Positions 1 to 9,538 of a stretch of 64,000 nt of DNA are shown here, piece after piece (position 1 is the first letter of the stretch; every line of letters starts with the position of its first letter). The notes beneath the pieces were generated by a model. The model made no database searches and had not been told where the DNA came from. It worked only from the letters and a program-made list of their open reading frames with translations. The stretch is from an uncultured Nitrospinaceae bacterium. Lineage in GTDB: Bacteria > UBA8248. The DNA is taken from assembly GCA_964005815.1 (NCBI GenBank), contig CAXFSR010000043.1, positions 64,001 through 128,000 on the forward strand. Direction: 5' to 3'. Made by a program: the position numbers and the translations under genes.

Positions 1-17
1 AAATGTTTTTAAAAATT

Positions 18-1238
18 TTATGTAGTTGAGTCATTTAACAAGATGACTTCAACAGTTTTACCATCTTCAAGTTTCGTTTCATATTCAGGAAATATTACTA
101 AAGAATTGGATCTGACCATCGAATGAAGAATATTTGAACCTTGCACTTCTAGTGGTCTTGACTCCCAATGATTCCCATTAAAATTGGTAACTGCCCTAAT
201 GTAATGCCTTCTCTCTGGAGATTTAAAAAGTTCGCCTTTTAAAGTCGCGTTCACTTTTGTCCGAAAAATATCCTTAATTCCCTGCATTTTAAGCAATGAT
301 GGGCGAACAAACAATTCAAAACTAACCATAGTAGAGACTGGATTTCCTGGAAGACCAAAGAATGGGATGCCACCTAGCAATCCAAATGCCATTGGTTTTC
401 CTGGCTTCATTCTCACTCTCCAAAAATCTATTTCATTTCCAAGATCCTCTAGGGTATCTTTTACTAGGTCGAAATCGCCAACTGATACGCCTCCACTCGT
501 AATCAATATATCTGCAGACATTCCTTTTTTTATACCCTCGATCAGATCTTGCGTATTATCTTTGGCAATACCTAAAAGAACAGCCTCGCCACCAGCTTCT
601 TCTACCTGTGCTGCCAATGCATACGAATTTGAATTAAAAATTTGGCCTTCTTCAGGAGTCTCTGTTAGATCAACTAACTCTTCTCCTGTAGCTAATATAG
701 CCACCTTTGGTCTTCTCGATACTTTACAAGTTGCCATTCCTATATTGGCCAACATACCAATTGCAGGTGCATTTAACTTTGCACCTTTTGAGACCACCAA
801 ATCTCCAACCTCAACATCTTCTCCTGCAATCCTTACAGACTCTCCCGACTTAACGCTTAAAAAAATCTTCACAATACCAGAATCATCTTCTTCCGTTTCC
901 TCTTGGAGAACAATTGCATCTGCACCTTGAGGAATGGGAGCACCAGTCATAATACGTATTGCTTCGCCATTCTTTAAAATAGATTTAGCTTTAACTCCGG
1001 CCTGTATCCTCTCAATCACTTTCAGTTCGGCAGGATTTTCTTTTGATGCATCTTTAATATCTTCTGCCTTAACAGCATATCCATCCATTGCAGAATTTGC
1101 CCACGGGGGAATAGCTCTTTCTGAAAAAACATCCTCAGAAAGTATCCTTCCTAAAGCGTCTTGTATTCCTACTTCAGAATCGCCTATAGTTTTTATCTTA
1201 TCAAAAATTATCTCTTGAGCTTCTTCAACATTAATCAA
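18..1238 (-). CDS. moeA: Molybdopterin molybdotransferase MoeA (gephyrin-like)
   Basis: SAMDGYA, RIMTGAPIP, TSGGVSVG, MKPGKP and GLPGNPVS motifs; 406 aa; TTG start after GTGAGG. Confidence 0.96.
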   Translation of the reverse strand: MINVEEAQEIIFDKIKTIGDSEVGIQDALGRILSEDVFSERAIPPWANSAMDGYAVKAEDIKDASKENPAELKVIERIQAGVKAKSILKNGEAIRIMTGAPIPQGADAIVLQEETEEDDSGIVKIFLSVKSGESVRIAGEDVEVGDLVVSKGAKLNAPAIGMLANIGMATCKVSRRPKVAILATGEELVDLTETPEEGQIFNSNSYALAAQVEEAGGEAVLLGIAKDNTQDLIEGIKKGMSADILITSGGVSVGDFDLVKDTLEDLGNEIDFWRVRMKPGKPMAFGLLGGIPFFGLPGNPVSTMVSFELFVRPSLLKMQGIKDIFRTKVNATLKGELFKSPERRHYIRAVTNFNGNHWESRPLEVQGSNILHSMVRSNSLVIFPEYETKLEDGKTVEVILLNDSTT

Positions 1239-1426
1239 ACCTCACTCCTTAGATATACAGCAATCAAGAAATTAAAAAATTTAGTCATTCAATTATATTC
1301 AAAAATCATGAAAATGATAACTTTAAGACAACACAAAAAAATAAACTGATGAAAAAAATGTTCAAGAATTTCATTAAAGAGTCAAGTAAAATAAAATTGT
1401 TTATTTTTAATCAATACAATCTCTTT

Positions 1427-1455
1427 TTGGCGTATATTTTTTAACCTATTATAAT
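1427..1455 (+). promoter_or_regulatory. Putative sigma70-type promoter for the amidase gene
   Basis: TTGGCG (1427-1432), 17-nt spacer, perfect TATAAT (1450-1455), about 90 nt before the ATG. Confidence 0.55.
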
Positions 1456-1546
1456 AGTAGTATGAAGACATTTTATTTTCTCATTTACCTGAGGAAATAA
1501 AATCAATCTTCTAGGTCGAAAGACAAAAAAAAGGAAATATTTTCTA

Positions 1547-2887
1547 ATGAAAAAAACATGGGAGTTAACTTTATCTGAAGGCATTAACAAAATACAAAAT
1601 CAATCTTTATCAGCAACAGATTGGGCAGAATCTTTGTTAGAAAGAATCGATTTATTTGAAAAAAAAATTCACGCATGGGCGACACTTAATAAAGAAGGGG
1701 CTCTTGCAGAAGCTAAAGAAATTGATGACAACCTAGAATTTGATTTGCCTCTCCGAGGGGCACCAATTGGAATCAAGGATATTATCAACGTAAAACATTT
1801 GCCTTGTGAGGCAAATTCTCCATTGTTGAAAGGCAACATTCCCAAAGAAGACGCACACTGCATATCAAAAATAAAAGATGCAGGCGCGATCATAATAGGA
1901 AAAACCGTAACTACACAATTTGCTACAGGAGACCCATCTCAAACTCTCAATCCTTGGAATATTGCACATAGCCCAGGTGGATCAAGTAGCGGTTCTGCAG
2001 CATCTGTAGCTTCAGGAATGATACCAGCAGCACTAGGTTCGCAAACAGGCGGTTCTGTCCTCAGACCCTCTGCCTATTGCGGAGTTATTGGCTTCAAGCC
2101 TAGTTATGGATTGATTTCGCGTTCTGGAGTCATTGAAGTTTCCTGGACTTTTGACCATATTGGAACTTTAACTCGCTCAGTAGAAGATGCCGCTATTCTA
2201 ATTAAGTATCTAACTGGACCTGACGACGCAGATGAAACTACAAAGGGATTCGAACCTTTAGATTTTTCTACTCATATTCCCAAAAAACCAGTACTTGTAT
2301 GCTACCCAAAAGAAGATATTGCAAAATATGCTCATCCAGCAGTATCCCATTGGGTGGATGAAGGAGTAGAAAAACTTAAGGAAAAAGACATCAAAGTAGA
2401 TAATATAGATTTTCCAATTGATTTTCAGGAACTGCATGATACACATCGAATGATAATGAGTGTAGATGCTGCGACTTACCACAAAGAATCTTTCTCTAAC
2501 AATGCAGATAAATATCGACCAGTCATTAAAAAACTAATCGAATCAGGCTTAAAAACCAGTTCGATAGATTATGCCAAAGGTCTAAGACAAAGAAACCGTC
2601 TCATACGAGAAATGGAAAAGGTATTCAATCATTATGAATTTATAATCCTTCCATCCTTTCAAGATCCCCCTGCTCTTGCAGAAAAATCAACTGGAAGCGC
2701 ATTCTTCAATGAACCTGCAACTCAACCAGGGTTACCAGCAATTACACTTCCATTAGGACGTGGTGACAAAAATCTTCCATTTGGCATTCAATTTATAGGG
2801 AAAAAATTTCACGATTATCAATTATTAGCAAATGCTGCTTGGTGTGAAAAAGAATTAGGTTGGGCAAGTCAGATTGCTGAATTATAG
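1547..2887 (+). CDS. Amidase-signature family protein (GatA-like fold)
   Basis: GIKD (Lys), PGGSSSGSAASVA (cis-Ser), GSQTGGS.LRP (Ser nucleophile); no gatB/gatC nearby. Confidence 0.9.
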   Translation: MKKTWELTLSEGINKIQNQSLSATDWAESLLERIDLFEKKIHAWATLNKEGALAEAKEIDDNLEFDLPLRGAPIGIKDIINVKHLPCEANSPLLKGNIPKEDAHCISKIKDAGAIIIGKTVTTQFATGDPSQTLNPWNIAHSPGGSSSGSAASVASGMIPAALGSQTGGSVLRPSAYCGVIGFKPSYGLISRSGVIEVSWTFDHIGTLTRSVEDAAILIKYLTGPDDADETTKGFEPLDFSTHIPKKPVLVCYPKEDIAKYAHPAVSHWVDEGVEKLKEKDIKVDNIDFPIDFQELHDTHRMIMSVDAATYHKESFSNNADKYRPVIKKLIESGLKTSSIDYAKGLRQRNRLIREMEKVFNHYEFIILPSFQDPPALAEKSTGSAFFNEPATQPGLPAITLPLGRGDKNLPFGIQFIGKKFHDYQLLANAAWCEKELGWASQIAEL

Positions 2888-3020
2888 AAATTCTTATCTC
2901 TTTTTATGGAAATTTTTAAAAGTTAAGCAGAATCTCTTCTTATTAAAATAAAAACTCACATAGATGATTCCATCATTTATTATGCTAAAGTAATTGAAAT
3001 TCATATTAAGGACTTTCTTG

Positions 3021-4214
3021 ATGAAATCATCGTACGTACTTTTACTTTTGACAATTGGGCATCTTTTTGAACATTGGTTTCATGGTGTAATTGGGCCTGT
3101 ACTTCCTTTCCTAGCAAAAGACATTGGTATTAATCATACACAAGTTGGAATTATTTTTGTCGGTGTTTCTATTGCAAGTGCATTTTCAAGTGCCGGTTTT
3201 GCAGTTATCAATGATTTACTAGGAGGGCGTAAAACTATGCTTGTCGTTTGCATGGCATCGATTGGTATTTTCCATACAGCTATCAGTTTATCTTCATCTT
3301 TTTGGATGATTGCTTTTCTTTTCTGGCTTACAGGAATCGCAACACACATTTGGCATCCTCCAGCTATGGGAATTTTAAACGAAAAATTTATTGACAGAAA
3401 AGGATTTGCATTGGGAATCCACGGCACAGGTTCCAATATAGGAATGACCATTGCACCTATAATAGCAGGATGGATGCTACTTTTTTTAGACTGGCGTGAA
3501 ATCCTACAAATTAATTCTATCCCTTTGATTCTTACAGCAGTGCTTTTCATTTTCTGTTTGCCGTCTTTTCCTACACCGAAAAGAACCAGCAAAGGAGAGA
3601 AAATGACTCTAAAGCACATAGTGGAAGCTATCCTTCGCAATCCTTCCTTGCTTGGAGTATCTCTTTTGTCTGGCATACGAAATTTAACACAAAGGGGCAT
3701 TACTCTTTTTCTCCCATTTTACCTAATAGAAACATACAAAACAGACCCAGCAACAATTGGAATAGGACTTGGCATCTATGCTGCTGCATCAATACTTCCT
3801 GAAACGTTAATAGGCTATTTATCAGACCGAATTTCAAGGAAATTTATAATTATCATAGCTTTACTAGTTGGTGGCGTTGGACTTTTATGCATTCCCTATG
3901 TAGGAGATGGAATGGCACTCTTTTTAACATTAGCTATAGTAGGCTCTACACTTTCTATTAGATCTGTACTTTTCGCTTATGCTTTCGAAACTACTGACCC
4001 TGAATATTCTGGAAGTGTGGTAGGCCTGATGTTTACAAACAATCAGATTATTTCTGGCATAGGAGTTTTATCAATAGGAATTATCTCAGATTTATGGGGA
4101 ACAGATAAAACTTTCTGGTTTATTGCTTTTGCCTGTTTTGTTTTTACCCCACTATTTTTGTTATTATCTAAAACAAATTTTTCAAAGAAAAGTATGATTC
4201 AAGAAACAACCTAA
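3021..4214 (+). CDS. MFS transporter (Fsr-like)
   Basis: About 12 hydrophobic segments, GYLSDRISRK motif A, WHPPA and GIHGTG motifs; ATG 3021 follows AAGGA (ORF track starts at 2994). Confidence 0.85.
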   Translation: MKSSYVLLLLTIGHLFEHWFHGVIGPVLPFLAKDIGINHTQVGIIFVGVSIASAFSSAGFAVINDLLGGRKTMLVVCMASIGIFHTAISLSSSFWMIAFLFWLTGIATHIWHPPAMGILNEKFIDRKGFALGIHGTGSNIGMTIAPIIAGWMLLFLDWREILQINSIPLILTAVLFIFCLPSFPTPKRTSKGEKMTLKHIVEAILRNPSLLGVSLLSGIRNLTQRGITLFLPFYLIETYKTDPATIGIGLGIYAAASILPETLIGYLSDRISRKFIIIIALLVGGVGLLCIPYVGDGMALFLTLAIVGSTLSIRSVLFAYAFETTDPEYSGSVVGLMFTNNQIISGIGVLSIGIISDLWGTDKTFWFIAFACFVFTPLFLLLSKTNFSKKSMIQETT

Positions 4215-4241
4215 TGTCAATTTCAACAAAAGAGGAAAAAA

Positions 4242-5066
4242 TTGAATTCTATACAATGGAAAAATGGAGCAAGGTGTGCTGTTTGCTTAACGTTCGATGT
4301 TGATGGGGAATCTCTCTGGCATTCAAGAGACCCTGAACTTGGGAATAGACCAATCCATAACTCAATGGGTGCATATGGACCTAAAGTAGGTGTCCCAAGA
4401 ATACTAAGATTACTGAATAAATATAACTTACCAGCATGTTTTTTTATTGTAGCTACAACTGCAAAAAAATGGAACGAAATGACACAATCTGTTATTCATG
4501 CAGGCCATGAAATTGGATACCATGGACTAGACCACGAAAAACCTTATTTAATTAACAACAAAAGGAAAGAAGAAAATTGCTTGATTAAAGCCCTAGATAT
4601 TTTCAAAAGCGAATTTGATATTATCCCAGTCGGTGCCAGAACACCTTCTTGCGATCCAAGCAAACACACAATGTCAATCTTAGAAAAACATGGATTCCTT
4701 TACCACTCAAATCTCATGGATGATGATTGGCCCTACTATCATGAATGTGGCTTAATTGAACTTCCAACAAAGTGGACTCTAGATGATTTTATTTTTTTCG
4801 GGTACAGCGGAAATCCACCTTTTGGACATGGAATTCGAGATGCGGAATCTGTTTATTCGATTTGGCTAGAAGAATTTGAAGGAGTTTATGAAGAAGGGGG
4901 GTACTTCAATCTAATGTGTCATCCCCAAGCTATAGGACAACATCATCGTATACGAATGCTAGAACGTTTGGTAACCCATATGTCAGAAAAAGGGGACGTT
5001 TGGTTTACAACTCCAAAAGAAGTTGCAAAGGTTTTTAGCGAACAGAACAAGTTCTCAAAAAAATAA
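4242..5066 (+). CDS. Polysaccharide deacetylase/CE4 family hydrolase (PuuE/PgdA-like)
   Basis: LTFDVD, YGPKVGVPRIL, HEIGYHGLDHE, R.P and MCHP motifs; no signal peptide. Confidence 0.88.
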   Translation: MNSIQWKNGARCAVCLTFDVDGESLWHSRDPELGNRPIHNSMGAYGPKVGVPRILRLLNKYNLPACFFIVATTAKKWNEMTQSVIHAGHEIGYHGLDHEKPYLINNKRKEENCLIKALDIFKSEFDIIPVGARTPSCDPSKHTMSILEKHGFLYHSNLMDDDWPYYHECGLIELPTKWTLDDFIFFGYSGNPPFGHGIRDAESVYSIWLEEFEGVYEEGGYFNLMCHPQAIGQHHRIRMLERLVTHMSEKGDVWFTTPKEVAKVFSEQNKFSKK

Positions 5067-5078
5067 GAAAAGAGAATA

Positions 5079-6161
5079 TCAATTTTGTTTTGCCAAACAT
5101 ACAACGTTCAGTTTCCACATTTTGTTCGCATTTTCACATGCAATCTTCATGGCAATTTCTCTAGGTAATAAGGAAAAAGCCTTCCTCCAAATCCTGATCT
5201 CTCTTTTATAACGTTTAGCTTTCCAATGTTTGTTAAATACGTTATCCATAGCAAAAATAAATCTATCGGGGTATCGCTCCAATAGTTTTCTCCATTTAAT
5301 TTTCCACATCATACTAGAGAGATATTCCTTAAACCAACCTTTATAAGGAGCATTTTCTTGAGGAGAATTAAAAAAATTTATCCAACCAAATTGTGTGACA
5401 TCGCCTCTTCTTTTTTTCTTAATTCTTCCTATAACCTGCAAAGCATTAGTTCGTGAAGTCAAAAAATATATATTACTGAAATCTTCTATAAGACTTCGCG
5501 CTTCCAAAACTGTTGCCTGCGCCATATGAATCAGAATAAATTTACGATCTGGATTCTCCCTTAGCAAACGCTTCAACTGATAAAGAATCTTGGCAGAACT
5601 ATCTTCAGAATCATTTAATTCTAAATGAAGAATTACAGGCTTTTTTCTTTTAAGAATGATAGAAATAGCTCTTTGTATTCTGAAACTTTCAAGATCACTC
5701 TGAATACCATCTACCGTTAATTCTTCGTGAAAATGATCTGCATGCTGCACAACAATCTCTCCGAATCCTACAGCTTGTTTATGGAATTCCTTATCGTTAA
5801 TAGATAACCACTTTAGCCCAGCCTTTTCATTTTCAATACCAGAATGTCTTAATCCTCCGATTTTAGTAGAAATCAAAAATCCACCTTTTCCATTTAAATC
5901 TCTGACTAAATTCAAAATACGCATTTGGCTTTCTATCGGAGTCTCTTTTTTGTAACATCCACCTCTTGCAGAAAATAGTGTTTTATTCACTCTAAAATTT
6001 TGAATCGCATAAATAATATCTTCCACATCTGTCTTACATCCGTATTGACTATGAGCATCAATAATAGTCCCTGTCCATTCTTTGTTTTTTCCATACGTAA
6101 CAGACAAGAAAACAGATAAACTAAATGTCACGAAAGTCATAGAAAATATTAAGATTTGCAT
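5079..6161 (-). CDS. Exported or membrane-anchored amidohydrolase-family (TIM barrel) protein
   Basis: Hydrophobic N-terminus, IIDAHSQ, GE, LHLE, LIHM and FAMD motifs, C-terminal IACENA. Confidence 0.65.
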   Translation of the reverse strand: MQILIFSMTFVTFSLSVFLSVTYGKNKEWTGTIIDAHSQYGCKTDVEDIIYAIQNFRVNKTLFSARGGCYKKETPIESQMRILNLVRDLNGKGGFLISTKIGGLRHSGIENEKAGLKWLSINDKEFHKQAVGFGEIVVQHADHFHEELTVDGIQSDLESFRIQRAISIILKRKKPVILHLELNDSEDSSAKILYQLKRLLRENPDRKFILIHMAQATVLEARSLIEDFSNIYFLTSRTNALQVIGRIKKKRRGDVTQFGWINFFNSPQENAPYKGWFKEYLSSMMWKIKWRKLLERYPDRFIFAMDNVFNKHWKAKRYKREIRIWRKAFSLLPREIAMKIACENANKMWKLNVVCLAKQN

Positions 6162-6170
6162 TCTATAAAT

Positions 6171-6608
6171 TCAAATAATTGGGCAGAGCCATCCAACTAA
6201 CGACCCATATATTGCATGCGCAAAAAAAGCAGTTTGCCAGGCCTTTGGATGCATTTTTAAACTGAACAAGCCATGTTTTGTTATGAAAACATTAAATATA
6301 CATTGAGAAAATATAAAAAGAATTGCTCCCCAAACAAGTCCTTTTTCAAGCGGACTTCCAGGAAGATGTTTTGCAAGAACAGAGGAATAAATTAGAGAGA
6401 AAATAATACCGTTTAAATGCACAGCTAGAAAACCAAGCATAAATGGGGGTTTCCCATCATAAGATTCTCCAAACAAAAGCATCGATAAACCTTTACCAAA
6501 ATCCAGTCTAGCGAGTCCAATCCTATCTGCAATTAAGGCAAAAACATAATGGGCATAGGTAGCAAAAAAACCACCTAAACAAATCAATAAAAAAGTAGCT
6601 AGATCCAT
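6171..6608 (-). CDS. Small four-helix membrane protein of unknown function
   Basis: Four hydrophobic segments, with His residues inside TM segments (VHLNG, AHAIYG); AGGAGG RBS. Confidence 0.7.
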   Translation of the reverse strand: MDLATFLLICLGGFFATYAHYVFALIADRIGLARLDFGKGLSMLLFGESYDGKPPFMLGFLAVHLNGIIFSLIYSSVLAKHLPGSPLEKGLVWGAILFIFSQCIFNVFITKHGLFSLKMHPKAWQTAFFAHAIYGSLVGWLCPII

Positions 6609-6622
6609 AAGAGAACCTCCTT

Positions 6623-7804
6623 CTATCCAGTGAATTCTAAAATATGCATTCCACCACCATGACGATCGATTAGGTAAAGCCTTCCATCCTCATCACAACC
6701 AATATCATTTGACTGCACACAATCTTCACCAAAATTACATTCCGGAACAAAGTGTCCAACTTCCTCAGGATGAAAAGGATCAGAAAGATCCAATACTCTT
6801 AATCCAGCATTAAAATACGTCAAGAAAACCAAATTAGGCCAACGACCTTGAGAAGATAAATTCTCGATTATATTATGGGCTCCAAAACGTTTGCCTCTAT
6901 CAAAATATTTAGACCTATCCGGCATATAGGTAGAAATTGGAATCGGATTCGTCAAATCTCGAACATCCATAACCCACATAAACTGACTTTCCATGAAATT
7001 TTCCGCTGAACGTCCCTCGTCTGTAACAATCACATAATCCCTATCCTCAAAAGGCCAAACCGTATGAGTTGCACCTACAAAAGGAGGAGACCAAGAAAGA
7101 TTACTAATTAGTTTCGGACTAGACAAGTCAGTAACATCTGCTATAGCCATTCCACCTCCCCAAAAACCACAATACATCTCATTACCTTTTATTACTGGAG
7201 GACCATGACACGTGATTACTTTATTTATATCCTCTGACTGAACAAATTCTGGATGCTCCTCAATATTTTGTTGTGGCAATCCCCAAATACTAATCACATT
7301 CGGCTCCAAAGGATTTGAAATATCAAGAGTCCATATAACTCGCCCATTCCATCTATCAGCATCATTTGGAAAAAAAGCTCTCTTGTTTTTGTTATCTACT
7401 GCGAATCGATGAGGACCATCACCAGGCAAATCGTAAAAACCAACCTGCCTAGGATTGTCTCTTTCTGAAATATCAAAAATGAAAAATCCTGACCTCGCAT
7501 TTCTTCCTTCTTCATTATGGAGACGTTCTGAATTAACATAAAGATAATTACCATCAACTATTCGCACCTTATGATTATGCACTCCCGGTGGAGCCAAAAC
7601 CTCTGCAACTTTTTTTGGATTATATGGATCTCTAACATCATGAACTGTAAATCCTTCTGGACCATCAAATCCTGATGTTCCAATAGCTCCAACATAAGCA
7701 AAACCATCTATAATCTCCACCAAACTACCACCACCCCATCCGGCACTTGGATCATGACCAAGCAATTTGAAATTTTTTATTTCTGCTTCAACTGAACGGC
7801 TCAT
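6623..7804 (-). CDS. LVIVD-repeat beta-propeller protein
   Basis: Repeated blades VHDVRDP, IFDISERDNP, TLDISNP, IADVTDLSSP, VMDVRDLTNP, VLDLSDP; YFNAGLRV. Confidence 0.85.
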   Translation of the reverse strand: MSRSVEAEIKNFKLLGHDPSAGWGGGSLVEIIDGFAYVGAIGTSGFDGPEGFTVHDVRDPYNPKKVAEVLAPPGVHNHKVRIVDGNYLYVNSERLHNEEGRNARSGFFIFDISERDNPRQVGFYDLPGDGPHRFAVDNKNKRAFFPNDADRWNGRVIWTLDISNPLEPNVISIWGLPQQNIEEHPEFVQSEDINKVITCHGPPVIKGNEMYCGFWGGGMAIADVTDLSSPKLISNLSWSPPFVGATHTVWPFEDRDYVIVTDEGRSAENFMESQFMWVMDVRDLTNPIPISTYMPDRSKYFDRGKRFGAHNIIENLSSQGRWPNLVFLTYFNAGLRVLDLSDPFHPEEVGHFVPECNFGEDCVQSNDIGCDEDGRLYLIDRHGGGMHILEFTG

Positions 7805-7936
7805 AAAAATTCCTTTTCTAAAATTTTTAAAATTGACAATGAACCAACTCGTTAATAAAAAACATTTGCTGTTTCTATTCTTTTAATCTATCGTCTTATA
7901 TAGTTTTTATACCACATTTTATTCTAGTTATAGGTC

Positions 7937-9004
7937 ATGAAAAACAAAAAACTAAGTTCTCTACATAAAGAGTCAGGAGCAACCCTCGAAAACAAATTCG
8001 ACTGGGATATTCCTTGTCAATATTCAAACCCAACAGAAGAGCATTTAAAGTGTAGGCAAGACGCTATCCTTATAGATCTTTCACACTATGGAAAGATTGA
8101 ATTTAGAGGAAATGACGCATCTACATTCCTCCAAGGGATGATTAGCAATGACGTTCTAAATTTGGAGGATGGTGAAGGAAAGTATGGAACTTTCCTTACA
8201 AGACAAGGAAAAATCATCTCAGATCTATATCTCTATAAAAATAAAGAACATTTTCGTCTTTTACTGCCACCCGGAGAGAATTTAAATTTTATTGCCTCTA
8301 TAGAAAAATTTATCATTATGGAAGAAGTGGAAATTCATGATCATAGTGAATCACTTTCCATGTTCGGTGTCTTCGGACCAAAGGTTGAAGATTTCCTGCA
8401 AGATTTTTCCCCTTTACCAAAAGAACCTCATCAACATACCACACATGGAAATACACAGATCATTAAAGAATTATGGACAGGGGAAAAAGGATATTTATTG
8501 ATAACAAACAATGATGAAGCAATAGACCTATGGAAAAATTTAAGTTCTAAAGGTATTCAACCTTCTGGACTAAATGCCTTTGAATCTCTTACCCTCGAAT
8601 CCGGATTGCCCCTTTTTGGAACAGAATTAGGACCAGACATTAACCCTATGCAGGCTTTTATCGAAAATGAAGCCATAGATTTTGAAAAAGGATGCTACAT
8701 AGGACAAGAAGTAATTGCAAAAATTAAATATATTGGACAAGTAAACAAAGGTTTAATCGGTATCCAAATTCTAGGAGAGAAAATACCAAAACATCACAGC
8801 AAAATATTTTTTGAAGACCAAGAAGTAGGAGCTATCACTAGATGCAATTTTAGCCCATCTACCAATAAAATAATTGCTATGGGATACGTACAAAAAAAAG
8901 CAATGGATATAGGCACAGAAATAAATATTTTATCAGAAGACGAAAGTATTCAAGCGAAAGTTGTTGAAATCCCTTTTTTGAAAAATAAAGAAAATGAAAG
9001 ATAA
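7937..9004 (+). CDS. ygfZ: Folate-binding GcvT/YgfZ family protein
   Basis: DLSH.GKI, FLQGMISND and the YgfZ-diagnostic KGCYIGQE motif. Confidence 0.85.
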   Translation: MKNKKLSSLHKESGATLENKFDWDIPCQYSNPTEEHLKCRQDAILIDLSHYGKIEFRGNDASTFLQGMISNDVLNLEDGEGKYGTFLTRQGKIISDLYLYKNKEHFRLLLPPGENLNFIASIEKFIIMEEVEIHDHSESLSMFGVFGPKVEDFLQDFSPLPKEPHQHTTHGNTQIIKELWTGEKGYLLITNNDEAIDLWKNLSSKGIQPSGLNAFESLTLESGLPLFGTELGPDINPMQAFIENEAIDFEKGCYIGQEVIAKIKYIGQVNKGLIGIQILGEKIPKHHSKIFFEDQEVGAITRCNFSPSTNKIIAMGYVQKKAMDIGTEINILSEDESIQAKVVEIPFLKNKENER

Positions 9005-9389
9005 TAAATTTTACACTCTCAAAGAAGCACGTTCCTTGATTTCTGAACTTCGACCAAAACTTCAAAATCTGTCTCGTATTTGGGAAGAGCTTGCTCCTTA
9101 TTCAGACCAGTTTGAGGAGTTAAAAAGGAACGCAGATAAAGGCGGAGGAACCCTCGGAGACTTGAAACATTATTACTCTTACATTCTGCAATTAAACGAT
9201 ACCGTCAATTACCTAAAGAAAATGAACATAGAACTCAAAGATATTTCAAAAGGATTAATTGATTTTCCCTCCCTAAGAGATGGCAGAGTAGTCTTTCTAT
9301 GCTGGAAGATGGATGAAGAAACAATTACTCATTGGCATGAAGTAAAGGACGGATTTTCTGGAAGAAAAGAATGTGAAGAAGAGGAATAA
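8994..9389 (+). CDS. DUF2203-like protein
   Basis: YTLKEAR..I, LKDISKGLIDFPS and VFLCWK..E..ITHWH...GF.GR pattern; overlaps ygfZ by 11 nt. Confidence 0.8.
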   Translation: MKDNKFYTLKEARSLISELRPKLQNLSRIWEELAPYSDQFEELKRNADKGGGTLGDLKHYYSYILQLNDTVNYLKKMNIELKDISKGLIDFPSLRDGRVVFLCWKMDEETITHWHEVKDGFSGRKECEEEE

Positions 9390-9458
9390 CAATAAACGCA
9401 AAAAGAGTCTTAAAGTAGGTAATAAATATATGACCAATATTTTTTTTACCTAGACCTA

Positions 9459-9487
9459 TTGCAACACTGATTATCTAACGGTAGATT
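9459..9487 (+). promoter_or_regulatory. Putative sigma70-type promoter of pckA
   Basis: TTGCAA-N17-TAGATT about 50 nt upstream of the ATG. Confidence 0.45.
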
Positions 9488-9538
9488 TCTATATAGCCTT
9501 TTGGCTGTATTTGAACCGCCGAAAGTATGGAGATGTAA

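Noticed and set aside
367..1218. Plus-strand ORFs of 187 and 94 aa
   Set aside because: Antisense shadows of moeA with no motifs or RBS
1547..2887. Calling the amidase gatA
   Set aside because: No gatB/gatC adjacent, and the GatA-typical DEFAMGS and GSDTGGS segments read TQFATG and GSQTGGS
3134..3700. 188-aa minus-strand ORF
   Set aside because: Antisense shadow of the MFS gene; the same applies to the many 60-140 aa ORFs opposite membrane-protein genes
7937..9004. Calling this gcvT
   Set aside because: It has the YgfZ KGCY.GQE motif and no gcvH/gcvP nearby
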